This document shows positions 1 to 13,716 of a stretch of DNA of 64,000 nt, piece by piece (positions within the stretch are counted from its first letter, which is position 1; each line of letters opens with the position of its first letter). The position numbers and the translations under genes were made by a program. This stretch comes from Eledone cirrhosa (lineage: Eukaryota). Below the pieces are notes generated by a model. That model saw only the letters and a program-made list of their open reading frames with translations, ran no database searches and was not told the DNA's origin. The stretch spans positions 18,166,001-18,230,000 of the forward strand of contig OZ024756.1 in assembly GCA_964016885.1 (NCBI GenBank), given 5' to 3'.

Positions 1-10
1 CGTGTATATA

Positions 11-59
<49 letters not shown>

Positions 60-265
60 GGGGAATGTAATCCGAGCGCTGACGAAATCTTGATGCCTTT
101 GTCAGCAACTTTCTGGTGTCCTTTACGTCAATCTGCAGGAGGGTGTGGCTGCAAAATGGTACTTGATTTTCAGAGAAACTATTTTTAGAATCACCGTTCG
201 GGCACTCAAGTCATCTGTGCGCACGCGCAGCACTAGTTTTCTTTCCTTAGCTGGACTTCAAAGTG
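60..265 (+). promoter_or_regulatory. Candidate promoter / non-coding first exon (probably of the zinc-finger gene)
   Basis: CpG-containing unique island between microsatellites. Contains an NRF1/EWG-type site TGCGCACGCGCA (218-229), CRE-like TGACG/TTACGTCA (80-84, 123-130), YY1-like AAAATGG (~153-159) and a strong donor AAGTG|GTGAGT at 265/266. The link to the ZNF gene 18.5 kb downstream is inference. Confidence 0.4.
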
Positions 266-1402
266 GTGAGTGACTTTAAATTTAGTCAAATTCCAGTCGT
301 CCGTCCTCATTCGTCATTAGATTTTTTGTTTGTTTGTTGGGTCTTTTCCCCCATTCTTATTCGATATATACATTCATAATGGTGGCTGCAAACCTGCTTC
401 TTTCTATGAAGTGTCGTTGTGTATTTACTGTAGGGTGGTTTATCGGGGTGTCTGGCGCAATCCACAATTCCCACCCACTTCCACGAACCTGCTTACGGCC
501 ACTACAGACTGAATATGTCCTACTGTTTATTTCCTCTCCACCCCCCCGACCTATATATGTGTATATGTATATATATTTGAATATATATGTGTGTGTGCGT
601 CTCTGTGTCTGTTTATCTGTCCGCGTTTCTCTGGAGGTATTTTTTCTTTCACATCATCACACAAATATTTACATTACTCAATTGATAAAAGTAATTCTTC
701 GTTTTCTCCCTTTCTGCATCTTTGTCATCTTTTCTTCGTAATTTGTCGAATCTATTCTCAGAGATATTAAAAACTTTGGCGTGTCTCTGTGTGTTGGATT
801 AGAGGCGGGGAGTTTTAACGTAATTTCTACGTCTCTGTCTCACCTCGTCTCTCATCCAAACCGCCACCCTACCTCCACTGTAATATCCTTAAGCAGTCCA
901 CAAATATCAATTTTGGTTCTGCTATGAAGATATATATAGTTTAGGAAGGCAACTGTGATCATACGTAACATTAATGACGACAAAACAATAATAACAAGAA
1001 ACCACATCAAATACAAGACAAAATAAATCGAGAAGCACAGCAAAACAAAACAGAGAGAAAAGATTGAGTGAAGCAAACCCAGACAAAACATCACAACAAC
1101 AACAACAAATACACGATGCTAAATGGCAGACGTAGAGCGAACAACAATAAAGAAGGTGGGGCTGGTGTTTTAAAGGGACAGAGCTGTCCCTCGCATGGGT
1201 TGAGAGAAGACAAGCGATGACAACAGAAATACTTTCAGACAGACAGACACGCAATCACACATCGGGCATGTACAGTGATGTATGGCAGTCACACGTAGTC
1301 TACACAGATGTATCACACACACAGTTACATACACACACATTGATATAGACACAAATAAACACACGCACGCACGCACACACACACACACACACATATATAT
1401 AG

Positions 1403-1440
<38 letters not shown>

Positions 1441-1716
1441 ATGTGTGTGCGTACGTGTGCGTGTGTTTATTTGTGTCTATATCAATGTGTGTGTGTGATG
1501 TATATATATATATACACACACACACACTGGTATTATAGACAATACAATGTAAAAATCAAGTGTCGGCAGGAAATTCTTCCTTCAATTTCTGTTTGTCTTT
1601 CGCCTTATCTTTCTCTAATCCTTTATAAATATATATATATATATATATATATACACTATATATATATATGTATATATATAAACACACACATATATGTGTA
1701 TGTGTGTGTCTATATA

Positions 1717-1751
<35 letters not shown>

Positions 1752-1795
1752 GCGATGTGTGTGTATATATATATGTGTGTGTGTTGTAAAGAATA

Positions 1796-1853
<58 letters not shown>

Positions 1854-2245
1854 CTTATTCTTTACAACAATAAAGATTTCTTTATTAACTACAAGGGCGG
1901 GGAGGGGGGGGGGGTGACACGGAAAAAAACATAAGGACGGCACATGACAGTACAGTGTAGGGGGAGGGGTGGCTGTAAAAATTTAACAAATCCAAAATGT
2001 AAAATCAAAACAAAAGAGAATTCCCCAATAATTAATGATTTCTAAGTTAGGCAGAAGGCCAGCAATTTATGTATGGGGAGGTGGGGGAAATCGATTACAT
2101 CCACCTCCAGCTCTTGACTGGTACTTTATTGTATCGACCATTGAAGGATAAAAGGTAAAATAGATTCCTCAGCAAGATTTGAAATTAAAATCGTAACTGA
2201 ATACCGCAATGTATATGTGTGTGTGTGTATGTATGTATGTGTGTG

Positions 2246-2299
<54 letters not shown>

Positions 2300-2408
2300 T
2301 GTGTGAGTGTGTTAAGTATTTCTGTAGAAATGGTAAAGGAAAGAAGAGTGCTCTATGTATAGTACAGAGCTATTTAATTATATAATATAAATATAAATAA
2401 AAAATAAA

Positions 2409-2440
<32 letters not shown>

Positions 2441-2444
<4 letters not shown>

Positions 2445-2508
2445 GGCTTATACATCTTCCTGATGATTTCCTTCGAATTAAACAGTTCTAGTCCAGTAGA
2501 AGCCATTT
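2441..2508 (+). ncRNA. Degenerate hammerhead ribozyme (Penelope pLTR-like remnant)
   Basis: CTGATGA 2460-2466, stem II TTC-CTTC-GAA, TAAA in place of GAAA, GTC 2491-2493, distal stem I AAATGGCTT/AAGCCATTT. Followed by the CACTCTACTA..GTATTGAGTAC motif shared with hairpin family 1. Confidence 0.4.
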
Positions 2509-2595
2509 CTGTATTAAATTTTGTATACACTCTACTAATGTATTGAGTACATTACTTGCTGTGGTTACTCCCGATTGAAGCCGGGACACACACAC

Positions 2596-2654
<59 letters not shown>

Positions 2655-3080
2655 GTGTGTATATATATATAATAATATAATTATTAGGTGCACTACAACA
2701 ATATATATAGTCTGACGTTCCACTGATACTGTCAAAAAAATTATGATGATGATAGTAAAAAAAAAAAAACTCACTACGGCAGACTAAAGAATATAAATTC
2801 TTTAAATGGGATACAAGATTATTCTTGATCTTGCTTGGCAGACGTGTGTGAGACAAATGTCATTTTAGTAGCACTTTATTTAAGGACAGCGATTTGAGTT
2901 TCTTCGAACCATCACCTTTTATTAAAATTCTATATAATAATAACAATAGTAATAATAATTAATATTATTGTAAATAAATTATTTCGGCCCCTGTGGCCAA
3001 TAAATGAAATCACTATAGTTAGTATTAAGGACAACATACTTGACAGTGAAGTTGTCCGTTGTAGATATATGTATATATAT

Positions 3081-3182
3081 GTAGGAAAAAGTATGACCCC
3101 GACGGCAGAGCTCAAGCCGTTTCGAAGTATTGAGTACTCTGGTGCGTTATGGTCCATCTGGTTCCTTACCACATTTCCTTCG

Positions 3183-3185
<3 letters not shown>
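3081..3185 (+). mobile_element. Hairpin-plus-tail element family 1, internally deleted copy
   Basis: Left arm and tail nearly identical to 61683-61876; the right arm is deleted. Flanked by TA repeats. Confidence 0.7.
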
Positions 3186-3264
<79 letters not shown>

Positions 3265-3274
3265 ACAAATAAAT

Positions 3275-3368
3275 ACAGGGTGTCCAAAAATATGTATACA
3301 CACTTCAACAGCATTCTAATAAAAGTATGTATACATTTTTTTGGGGGGGTTGGGCGGGGGCACTCTAT
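3275..3368. mobile_element. Tiny Tc1/mariner-type MITE (CAGGGTGTC.. termini)
   Basis: TA-CAGGGTGTCC...GGGCACTCTA-TA; internal sequence is the reverse complement of the copies at 5778-6101. Confidence 0.55.
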
Positions 3369-3660
3369 ATACATATACACGTATGTATATCTATCTATCT
3401 CTCTCTCTATATATATATATACGGGATGGTCACACATGGAACGTCTATGATCATCATAAGTCAGCTCTGTTCAATCAGAACTGATCTGACAGACGATACC
3501 AAACAACCACAACACACCAGCACATGCATACCGCCTATATTTTAATACACTGTATAATTTGGGTAAAAATCTAACCACCACCACCAACGACGACCACAGC
3601 AGTCCATTCCTGTTTTTTTATTTTTTAATGTTCTTCGAGATTTTATTTATTTTTATAATC

Positions 3661-4998
3661 TACGCCACCACCACTATCACCATCATCACCACCACTATCA
3701 CTACCATCACAATCACCACCATCAACTCCACCACCATCATTATCACCATCATCATTATCACCACCATCACTATCACTACCACCATCACTACCACCATCAC
3801 CATCACCACCATCACCACTACCATCACAATCACCACCATCAACTCCATCACTATCACTATCACCATCATCACCACTCTCACCATCATCATCACCACCACT
3901 ATCACTACCATCACAATCATCAACTCCACCACAATCATCAACTCCACCACCATCATTACCACCACCATCACAATCACCACCATCAACTCCATCACTATCA
4001 CTACCACCATCACCACCACTATCACCATCATCACCACCACCACTATCACTACCATCACAATCACCGCCACCACCACGATCATCACCACCATCAACTCCAC
4101 CACTATCATTACCACCACCATCACTATCAGTACCATCATCACAATCACTATCACCACTCTCACCATCATCACCACCACCACCACCACTATCACTACCATT
4201 ATCAGCACCATCACCACCACCACCACCATCAACACCACCACCACCACCACCATCACCACCATCACCACCACCATCACCACCACCACCACCACCACCACCA
4301 TCACCACCATCACCATCACCATCAGTACCAGTCCTTTCAACATTTTTAGAATGCCATTTTATCTTCTGTTCACCAACGTTGGTTCTCTGCTGATGCTAGT
4401 GTCGTGGGTGGTGGTGACGGTGATGGTGGTGTCGTGGGTGGGGGTGGCGGTGATGGTGGTGTCGTGGGTGGGGGTGGCGGTGATGGTGGTGTCGTCGTGG
4501 GTGGGGGTGGCGGTGATGCTGGTGTCGTCGGTGGTGGTGGCGGTGATGCTGATGTCGTCGGTGGTGGTGACGGTGATGCTGATGATGGTGGTGGTGATGT
4601 TGGTGATGATGATGATGATGATGCTGTTGTTGTTGGTGGTGCTGCTGCCGCGGTCGTTGGTGTTAGTGTTGATGTTGATGTTCTTGGTGTTGTTGGTGAT
4701 GCCGCCGTTGTTGTTGTTATTGTTGCTGTTGTTGTTGTTAAGTGCTGCTGTTGTTGATGCTGCTAGTATTGCTTCTGTTGATGTTGTTTCTGCTAATGGT
4801 GTTGTTGATGTTATTTCTACTAGTGCTGCTGCTGTTGTTGTTGTTGTTTCTACTAGTGCTGCTGTTGTTGTTGATGCTGTTTCTACTAGTGCTGCAGTTG
4901 TTGTTGATGCTGTTTCTACTAGTGCTGCTGTTGTTGTTGTTGATGCTGTTTCTACTAGTGCTGTTGATGTTTATGCCAGTGCTGCCGATGCTGTTGTT
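3661..4998. repeat. Degenerate trinucleotide block: (ACC/ATC)n, then (GGT/GAT)n, then (GTT/GCT)n with 27-33 bp subrepeats
   Basis: Directly visible; produces the spurious Thr/Ile- and Val-rich ORFs. Confidence 0.9.
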
Positions 4999-5399
4999 TA
5001 ACAATAAAGCGAAGAAAAATAATCAATTTTTGCTGAGGTTGACAGACGATTTCGTCTTCTCACGCCAAACACACACACATACACACGCACGAACTCACAT
5101 ACAAACATAGACACATATACGCATACACACATTCAAACACGCATACACTCACAGACAGTCACACAGACACCCTCACACACCCTCACACACGTCAGTCGCA
5201 GAATTTCTTGGATGATAAGCTCCATTATTAATAGCTTCAGCTCTTCTCACTTTATTTCATAATTTATACTATCCAGTCAAACATCTTGGCCGAGTCTTTC
5301 AAAATTGCCCTGCTGTGTTATTTTTTTTAATTCTCATTTAGTTTTTTTTATAAATTGTGTGTATGTATGTTTATATATATATATATATATATATTTATA

Positions 5400-5536
5400 T
5401 AACGAAGGATGTGTGGTAAGGAACCAGATGGACCATAACGCACCAGAGTACTCAATACTTATGGTAGTAGAATGGGTAATAGGAAAATGTTTAACCCCGA
5501 CGGCTTGAGCTCTGCCGTCGGGGTTAAACATTTTCC

Positions 5537-5538
<2 letters not shown>
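5400..5538 (-). mobile_element. Hairpin-plus-tail element family 1, reverse copy with central deletion
   Basis: Reverse complement of the family tail, plus arms ATAGGAAAATGTTTAACCCCGACGGC / GCCGTCGGGGTTAAACATTTTCCTAT; sits in (TA)n. Confidence 0.75.
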
Positions 5539-5570
<32 letters not shown>

Positions 5571-5651
5571 GGTAATATATATGTATATGTATATATATAT
5601 ATAATATGTGTGTGTGTGTGCGTTTGTGAATAAGTCAGGGTTAAACATTTT

Positions 5652-5693
<42 letters not shown>

Positions 5694-5696
5694 GAT

Positions 5697-5728
<32 letters not shown>

Positions 5729-5777
5729 ATATGTGTGTGTTTGTGAATAAGTATGTGTGTACATATATATATGTATA

Positions 5778-6101
5778 CAGGGTGTCCCCCAAAAAATGTA
5801 TACATATATGTATTAGAATGCTGTTGAAGTCTGTATACTTTTTGGGGGACATCCTGTATTTATATGTGTGTGTGTATGAATATATATATATATATACATG
5901 GTGTCCCAAAAATTGTATACATATATTTATTAGAATACTGTTGAAGTCTGTATACTTTTTGGGGGACATCCTGTATTTGTATGTGTGTGTGTGTATGAAT
6001 ATATATATATATATATATATACATGGTGTCCCAAAAATTGTATACATATATTTATTAGAATACTGTTGAAGTGTGCATACATTTTGGGGGGGACATCCTG
6101 T
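5778..6101. mobile_element. Three tandem ~80-bp Tc1/mariner-type MITEs
   Basis: Units CA(G/T)GGTGTCCC...GGGACATCCTG flanked by TA at ~5778-5856, ~5897-5974 and ~6022-6100. Confidence 0.7.
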
Positions 6102-6132
6102 ATATATATATGTGTGTGTGTGTTATATATAT

Positions 6133-6323
6133 ATAGGAACAAGTAAGACCCCGACGGCTGAGCTCAAGCCGTTTCGACGGCTAATTCTGTCCTGAATTAG
6201 CCGTCGAAACGGCTTGAGCTCAGCCGTCGGGGTCTTACTTGTTCCTATTACCCACTCTACTACCCTAAGTATTGAGTACTTTGGTGCGTTATGGTCCACC
6301 TGGTTCCTTACCACATTTCCTTC

Positions 6324-6325
<2 letters not shown>
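6133..6325 (+). mobile_element. Hairpin-plus-tail element family 1, complete copy
   Basis: Perfect 55-bp inverted arms 6133-6187 / 6194-6248 with 6-nt loop TGTCCT, then a ~77-bp tail. Inserted in (TA)n. Contains GAAAC-stem-GTC, the 3' half of a hammerhead. Confidence 0.8.
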
Positions 6326-6381
<56 letters not shown>

Positions 6382-6532
6382 AAATTGAACAAGAGCAATT
6401 TTAAAATTATATTTTCATTTCTTTCTTGTTTCTCATTTCTGTCAGTTTTAGCAATGAATCTGTTTTTCTTTAATAATACCATCTTAATTTATTTTATATT
6501 TAATTCTAATTAATACTGTCTGTATTATTATT

Positions 6533-6720
6533 TGGTTTGGCAGTATCAGTAGAGCGTCAGACACCATGCTTTGCAGCATAGTTATGGCCCTTTACGTTCT
6601 GAGTTCAAATCCTGCTGAGGTTAACTTTGCCTTTCATCCTTACGGGGTCAATAAAATAAAGTACCAGTAATGCACTGGGGGTAATTGCTGGCCTTGTGCC
6701 GAAAGTAGAAACATTATTAT
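6533..6720 (+). mobile_element. tRNA-derived SINE with Meta-like central domain (family A)
   Basis: A/B-box-like head (GGCAGTATCAGTAGAG, GAGTTCAAATCC), GCCTTTCATCCTTACGGGGTC.ATAAAATAAAGTACCAG core, (TAT)n tail; more than ten copies in the window. Confidence 0.75.
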
Positions 6721-6859
6721 TATTATTATATTATGTTACAATCCCTCTGTTGTATAACATCTTTAAACCCCCCCCACACACGCACACCTGTATGGTATAT
6801 TTCTTCATTTCCAAATGTGTGTTTTGCATCTCTTGTCTTTGACTTGTTTATTCTTGAAC

Positions 6860-6919
<60 letters not shown>

Positions 6920-6937
6920 AATAGATATATAAATATG

Positions 6938-7272
6938 TCCGAAACGTTGAAACCTCCTCTACTTCCACCAAGCGTAAACCTAATATAACTGTGTACAATT
7001 GCCTCCTGTGTTTTGTTTGTTCATTTTCAACTATCATACACAAAACGCCAGCATCAACAGTTTTCCAAGAGAATGCAACATGAACGGACCTGTTATTTTT
7101 CCCTAAAAACATTTTTTCCAATTCCAGCCTGTTCCTTCAATCTATTTAATTTGTCATTCTTTTATGTGATGAAGGACTAGCATCCGAAACGTTAAGACCC
7201 TCTTCCTGCTATTTCAAGAGTTAACCTAATATATTCCTTCCATATACTGTACCAATTGTGTTGTTATTTCTG
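6938..7272 (+). mobile_element. Tandem Penelope pseudo-LTR-like remnants with a minimal hammerhead (7166-7193)
   Basis: GTGATGA-A-GGA-CTAGCA-TCC-GAAA-CG-TT matches the minimal PLE hammerhead pattern (C3 changed to G). A 5'-truncated related copy TCCGAAACGTT.. starts at ~6938. Confidence 0.55.
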
Positions 7273-7299
7273 TTTCCCTTTTATATATATATATACACA

Positions 7300-7382
7300 C
7301 AGGTACTTAAGTTTTGTTGGGTTATACACCCCAACAGGTTGAATGAGTTGGGGTGCATAACCTAACGAAACTTAAGTACCTG
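7300..7382. mobile_element. 83-bp palindromic MITE
   Basis: CAGGTACTTAAGTTT...AAACTTAAGTACCTG termini; arms pair over ~36 bp with few mismatches; TA on the right side. Confidence 0.7.
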
Positions 7383-7442
7383 TATATGTCACTGCTGTAA
7401 CTAATTTTATATATATATATATATATATATAGATATATATAG

Positions 7443-7595
7443 TTGGTGTTAGGAAGGGCATCCAGTCGTAGAAAACCTGCCAGATAGTCCTATATGAGCG
7501 AGACACGGTCACCTGAACAACCTTGCCTCAAGTAGGATAACTCCCGTCTAACCCATGCCAGCGTGGAAGATGGACGTTAAACGATGATGATGATG

Positions 7596-7597
<2 letters not shown>
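7443..7597 (+). mobile_element. RTE LINE 3' end fragment with (GAT)n tail
   Basis: Matches the 3' UTR of the RTE copies at 13717 (reverse) and 57600-57790. Many further short copies occur at ~36700, 37560, 40230, 44730, 47520, 47850, 58300 and 60630. Confidence 0.7.
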
Positions 7598-7663
<66 letters not shown>

Positions 7664-7830
7664 AATCAAATCAAATCAAAAGGTTTAGTTAAAAACTCTC
7701 AATAATCCCCTACAATCAAATAAGCTCAAGGAACAAACTCCGAGCTCTTTATAAAACATAGTGAGGAGAGAAATACCCATAATAATCGGACATGAATATA
7801 TGTTTATGTGTATTTCTCTTCTTCGTATAT

Positions 7831-7899
<69 letters not shown>

Positions 7900-8512
7900 A
7901 TATGTGTGTATATGTATGTATATGTGTGTATATGTATGTATATGTGTATGTATATATATATTTATATATATATATTTATATATATATGTATGTATGTATG
8001 TATATATATAATTTTGATTGTCCAACGCTCCTCTCCTCCCATGTATTGTAAACCCCTATGTTTAATAACATTTATTGTATTGTGTGTGCGGCCCCCTTGT
8101 GGCTAATAAATCATATTTCACATCCTCACACATACACACATCCTCCCACTCATATACACACACATCCTCCCACCCACACACACATCCTCCCACGCACACA
8201 CACATACATTCATGTACTGTGGTTTTTGTTAAGACATGTAGACTGGATTCATATTTTTTTGAGACAGAGAGAGAGTGGGGGGTGGAGATTGTTATAATGT
8301 ATGTGTATGTGAGTGTCTGTTTGTCTGTAATCTTATTGTTAGTAAGGTTATTGATCTTATATAGATGATTTCTTCAACAAGGAGATTAAATTCTTGCCTT
8401 AATCATAATAAATATTTCATAGTTAATGTTTTATTTCCAAAAATCTTTATTCTAAATTCCGGCCATTTTTCTTTCATTTTAAATATTGAAATAGTTACAT
8501 TGGAAAGTGTCT

Positions 8513-11500
8513 TTAAACCTCACTATATATATATTTAACCTTACTATCTATATATTAAACCTCACTATCTATATATTTAGCCTTACTATCTATATATTTA
8601 GCCTTACTATCTATATATTAAACCTCACTATCTATATATTAAACCTCACTATTTATATATTAAACCTCACTATCTATATATTAAACCTCACTATCTATAT
8701 ATATTAAACCTTACTATCTATATATTAAACCTCACTATCTATATATTAAACCTTACTATCTATATATTAAACCTCACTATCTATATATTAAACCTCACTA
8801 TCTATATATTAAACCTTACTATCTATATATTAAACCTCACTATCTATATATTAAACCTCACTATCTATATATTAAACCTCACTATCTATATATTAAACCT
8901 TACTATCTATATATTAAACCTCACTATCTATATATTAAACCTCACTATCTATATATTAAACCTCACTATCTATATATTAAACCTTACTATCTATATATTA
9001 AACCTCACTATCTATATATTAAACCTCACTATCTATATATTAAACGTCACTATCTATATATTAAACCTCACTATTTATATATTAAACCTCACTATCTATA
9101 TATTAAACTTCACTATTTATATATTAAACCTCACTATCTATATATTAAACCTTACTATCTATATATTAAACTTCACTATCTATATATTAAACCTCACTAT
9201 CTATATATTAAACCTCACTATCTATATATTAAACCTCACTATCTATATATTAAACCTCACTATCTATATATTAAACTTCACTATTTATATATTAAACCTC
9301 ACTATCTATATATTAAACCTCACTATCTATATATTAAACCTCACTATCTATATATTAAACCTCACTATCTATATATTAAACCTCACTATCTATATATTAA
9401 ACCTCACTATCTATATATTAAACCTCACTATCTATATATTAAACCTCACTATCTATATATTAAACCTCACTATCTATATATTAAACCTCACTATCTATAT
9501 ATTAAACCTTACTATCTATATATTAAACCTCACTATCTATATATTAAACTTCACTATTTATATATTAAACCTCACTATCTATATATTAAACTTCACTATA
9601 TATATATTAAACCTCACTATCTACATATTAAACTTCACTATCTATATATTAAACATCACTATCTATATATTAAACCTTACTATCTATATATTAAACCTCA
9701 CTATTTATATATTAAACCTTACTATCTATATATTAAACCTCACTATCGATATATTAAACCTTACTATCTATATATTAAACTTCACTATCTATATATTAAA
9801 CCTCACTATCGATATATTAAACCTCACTATCTATATATTAAACCTTACTATCTATATATTAAACCTTACTATCTATATATTAAACTTCACTATCTATATA
9901 TTAAACTTCACTATATATATATTAAACTTCACTATCTATATATTAAACCTCACTATCGATATATTAAACCTCACTATCTATATATTAAACTTCACTATCT
10001 ATATATTAAACCTCACTATCGATATATTAAACCTCACTATCTATATATTAAACTTCACTATCTATATATTAAACCTCACTATCGATATATTAAACTTCAC
10101 TATCTATATATTAAACCTCACTATATATATATTAAACCTCACTATCTATATATTAATCCTCACTATTTATATATTAAACCTCACTATCTATATATTAAAC
10201 CTCACTATCTATATATTAAATCTCACTATTTATATATTAAACCTCACTATCTATATATTAAACCTTACTATCTATATATTAAACCTCACTATCTATATAT
10301 TAAACCTCACTATCTATATATTAAACCTCACTATATATATATTAAACCTCACTATATATATATTAAACCTCACTATCGATATATTAAACCTCACTATATA
10401 TATATTAAACCTCACTATCTATATATTAAACCTCACTATTTATATATTAAACCTCACTATCTATATATTAAACCTTACTATCTATATATTAAACCTTACT
10501 ATATATATATTAAACCTTACTATCTATATATTAAACCTCACTATCTATATATTAAACCTCACTATATATATATTAAACCTCACTATCTATATATTAAACT
10601 TTACTATCTATATATTAAACCTCACAATCTATATATTAAACCTCACTATCTATATATTAAACCTCACTATCTATATATTAAACTTCACTATCTATATATT
10701 AAACCTCACTATCTATATATTAAACCTCACTATCTATATATTAAACCTCACTATCTATATATTTAGCCTTACTATCTATATATTAAACCTCACTATCTAT
10801 ATATTAAACTTCACTATCTATATATTAAACTTCACTATTTATATATTAAACCTCACTATCTATATATTAAACTTCACTATCTATATATTAAACCTCACTA
10901 TCTATATATTAAACCTCACTATTTATATATTAAACCTCACTATCTATATATTAAACTTCACTATTTATATATTAAACCTCACTATCTATATATTAAACTT
11001 CACTATCTATATATTAAACCTCACTATCTATATATTAAACTTCACTATCTATATATTAAACCTCACTATCTATATATTAAACCTCACTATTTATATATTA
11101 AACCTCACTATCTATATATTAAACTTCACTATATATATATTAAACCTCACTATTTATATATTAAACCACATTATATATATATTAAACCTCACTATCTATA
11201 TATTAAACTTCACTATCTATATATTAAACCTCACTATCTATATATTAAACCTCACTATCTATATATTAAACCTCACTATCTATATATTAAACTTCACTAT
11301 CTATATATTAAACTTCACTATATATATATTAAACCTCACTATCTATATATTAAACCTCACTATCTATATATTAAACTTCACTATCTATATATTAAACCTC
11401 ACTATCTATATATTAAACTTCACTATCTATATATTAAACCTCACTATCTATATATTAAACCTCACTATCTATATATTAAACCTCACTATCTATATATTAA

Positions 11501-13716
11501 ACTTCACTATTTATATATTAAACCTCACTATCTATATATTAAACCTCACTATCTATATATTTAGCCTTACTATCTATATATTAAACTTCACTATTTATAT
11601 ATTAAACCTCACTATCTATATATTAAACCTCACTATCTATATATTAAACCTCACTATCTATATATTAAACCTCACTATCTATATATTAAACTTCACTATC
11701 TATATATTAAACCTCACTATCTATATATTAAAACTCACTATCTATATATTAAACCTCACTATCTATATATTAAACCTCACTATCTATATATTAAACCTCA
11801 CTATCTATATATTAAACCTCACTATCTATATATTAAACCTCACTATCTATATATTAAACTTCACTATTTATATATTAAACCTCACTATCTATATATTAAA
11901 CCTCACTATCTATATATTAAACCTCACTATCTATATATTAAACCTTACTATCTATATATTAAACCTCACTATCTATATATTAAACCTCACTATCTATATA
12001 TTAAACTTCACTATCTATATATTAAACCTCACTATCTATATATTTAGCCTTACTATCTATATATTAAACCTCACTATCTATATATTTAGCCTTACTATCT
12101 ATATATTAAACCTCACTATCTATATATTAAACTTCACTATTTATATATTAAACCTCACTATCTATATATTAAACCTCACTATCTATATATTAAACCTCAC
12201 TATCTATATATTAAACTTCACTATCTATATATTAAACTTCACTATCTATATATTAAACCTCACTATCTATATATTAAACCTCACTATCTATATATTTAGC
12301 CTTACTATCTATATATTAAACCTCACTATCTATATATTAAACTTCACTATCTATATATTAAACCTCACTATCTATATATTAAACCTCACTATCTATATAT
12401 TAAACCTCACTATCTATATATTAAACCTCACTATCTATATATTAAACTTCACTATCTATATATTAAACCTCACTATATATATATTAAACCTCACTATCTA
12501 TATATTAAACCTCACTATTTATATATTAAACCTCACTATCTATATATTAAACCTCACTATCTATATATTAAACCTCACTATCTATATATTAAACCTCACT
12601 ATTTATATATTAAACATCAGTATCTATATATTAAACCTCACTATCTATATATTAAACCTAACTATTTATATATTAAACCTAACTATTTATATATTAAACC
12701 TCACTATCTATATATTAAACTTCACTATATATATATTAAACCTCACTATCTATATATTAAACCTCACTATCGATATATTAAACCTCACTATCTATATATT
12801 AAACCTTACTATCTATATATTAAACTTCACTATCTATATATTAAACCTCACTATCGATATATTAAACCTCACTATCTATATATTAAACTTCACTATCTAT
12901 ATATTAAACCTCACTATCTATATATTAAACCTCACTATTTATATATTAAACATCAGTATCTATATATTAAACCTCACTATCTATATATTAAACCTAACTA
13001 TTTATATATTAAACCTAACTATTTATATATTAAACCTCACTATCTATATTTTAAACCTCACTATTTATATATTAAACCTCACTATCTATATATTAAACCT
13101 CACTATCTATATATTAAACCTCACTATATATATATTAAACCTCACTATCTATATATTAAACCTCACTATATATATATTAAACCTCACTATCTATATATTA
13201 AACCTCACTATATATATATTAAACCTCACTATCTATATATTAAACCTCACTATATATATATTAAACCTCACTATCTATATATTAAACCTCACTATCTATA
13301 TATTAAACCTCACTATATATATATTAAACCTCACTATCTATATATTAAACCTCACTATATATATATTAAACCTCACTATCTATATATTAAACCTCACTAT
13401 ATATATATTAAACCTAACTATTTATATATTAAACCTCACTATCTATATATTAAACCTCACTATATATATATTAAACCTCACTATCTATATATTAAACCTC
13501 ACTATATATATATTAAACCTCACTATTTATATATTAAACCTCACTATCTATATATTAAACCTCACTATATATATATTAAACCTCACTATCTATATATTAA
13601 ACCTCACTATCTATATATTAAACCTCACTATTTATATATTAAACCTCACTATCTATATATTAAACCTCACTATATATATATTAAACTTCACTATCTATAT
13701 ATTAAACTTCACTATC
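8513..13716. repeat. 5.2-kb minisatellite, 21-bp unit AAACCTCACTATCTATATATT (~248 copies)
   Basis: Directly visible homogeneous tandem array with recurrent single-base variants. Confidence 0.97.

Noticed and set aside
3559-5001. 480-aa Thr/Ile- then Val-rich ORF (mucin- or membrane-like)
   Set aside because: It starts at a non-ATG codon and is made of trinucleotide repeats that are stop-free in several frames on both strands; no domain signal.
8513-13716. CRISPR-like or telomeric array
   Set aside because: Contiguous units with no unique spacers, eukaryotic context, and the unit is not TTAGGG-type.
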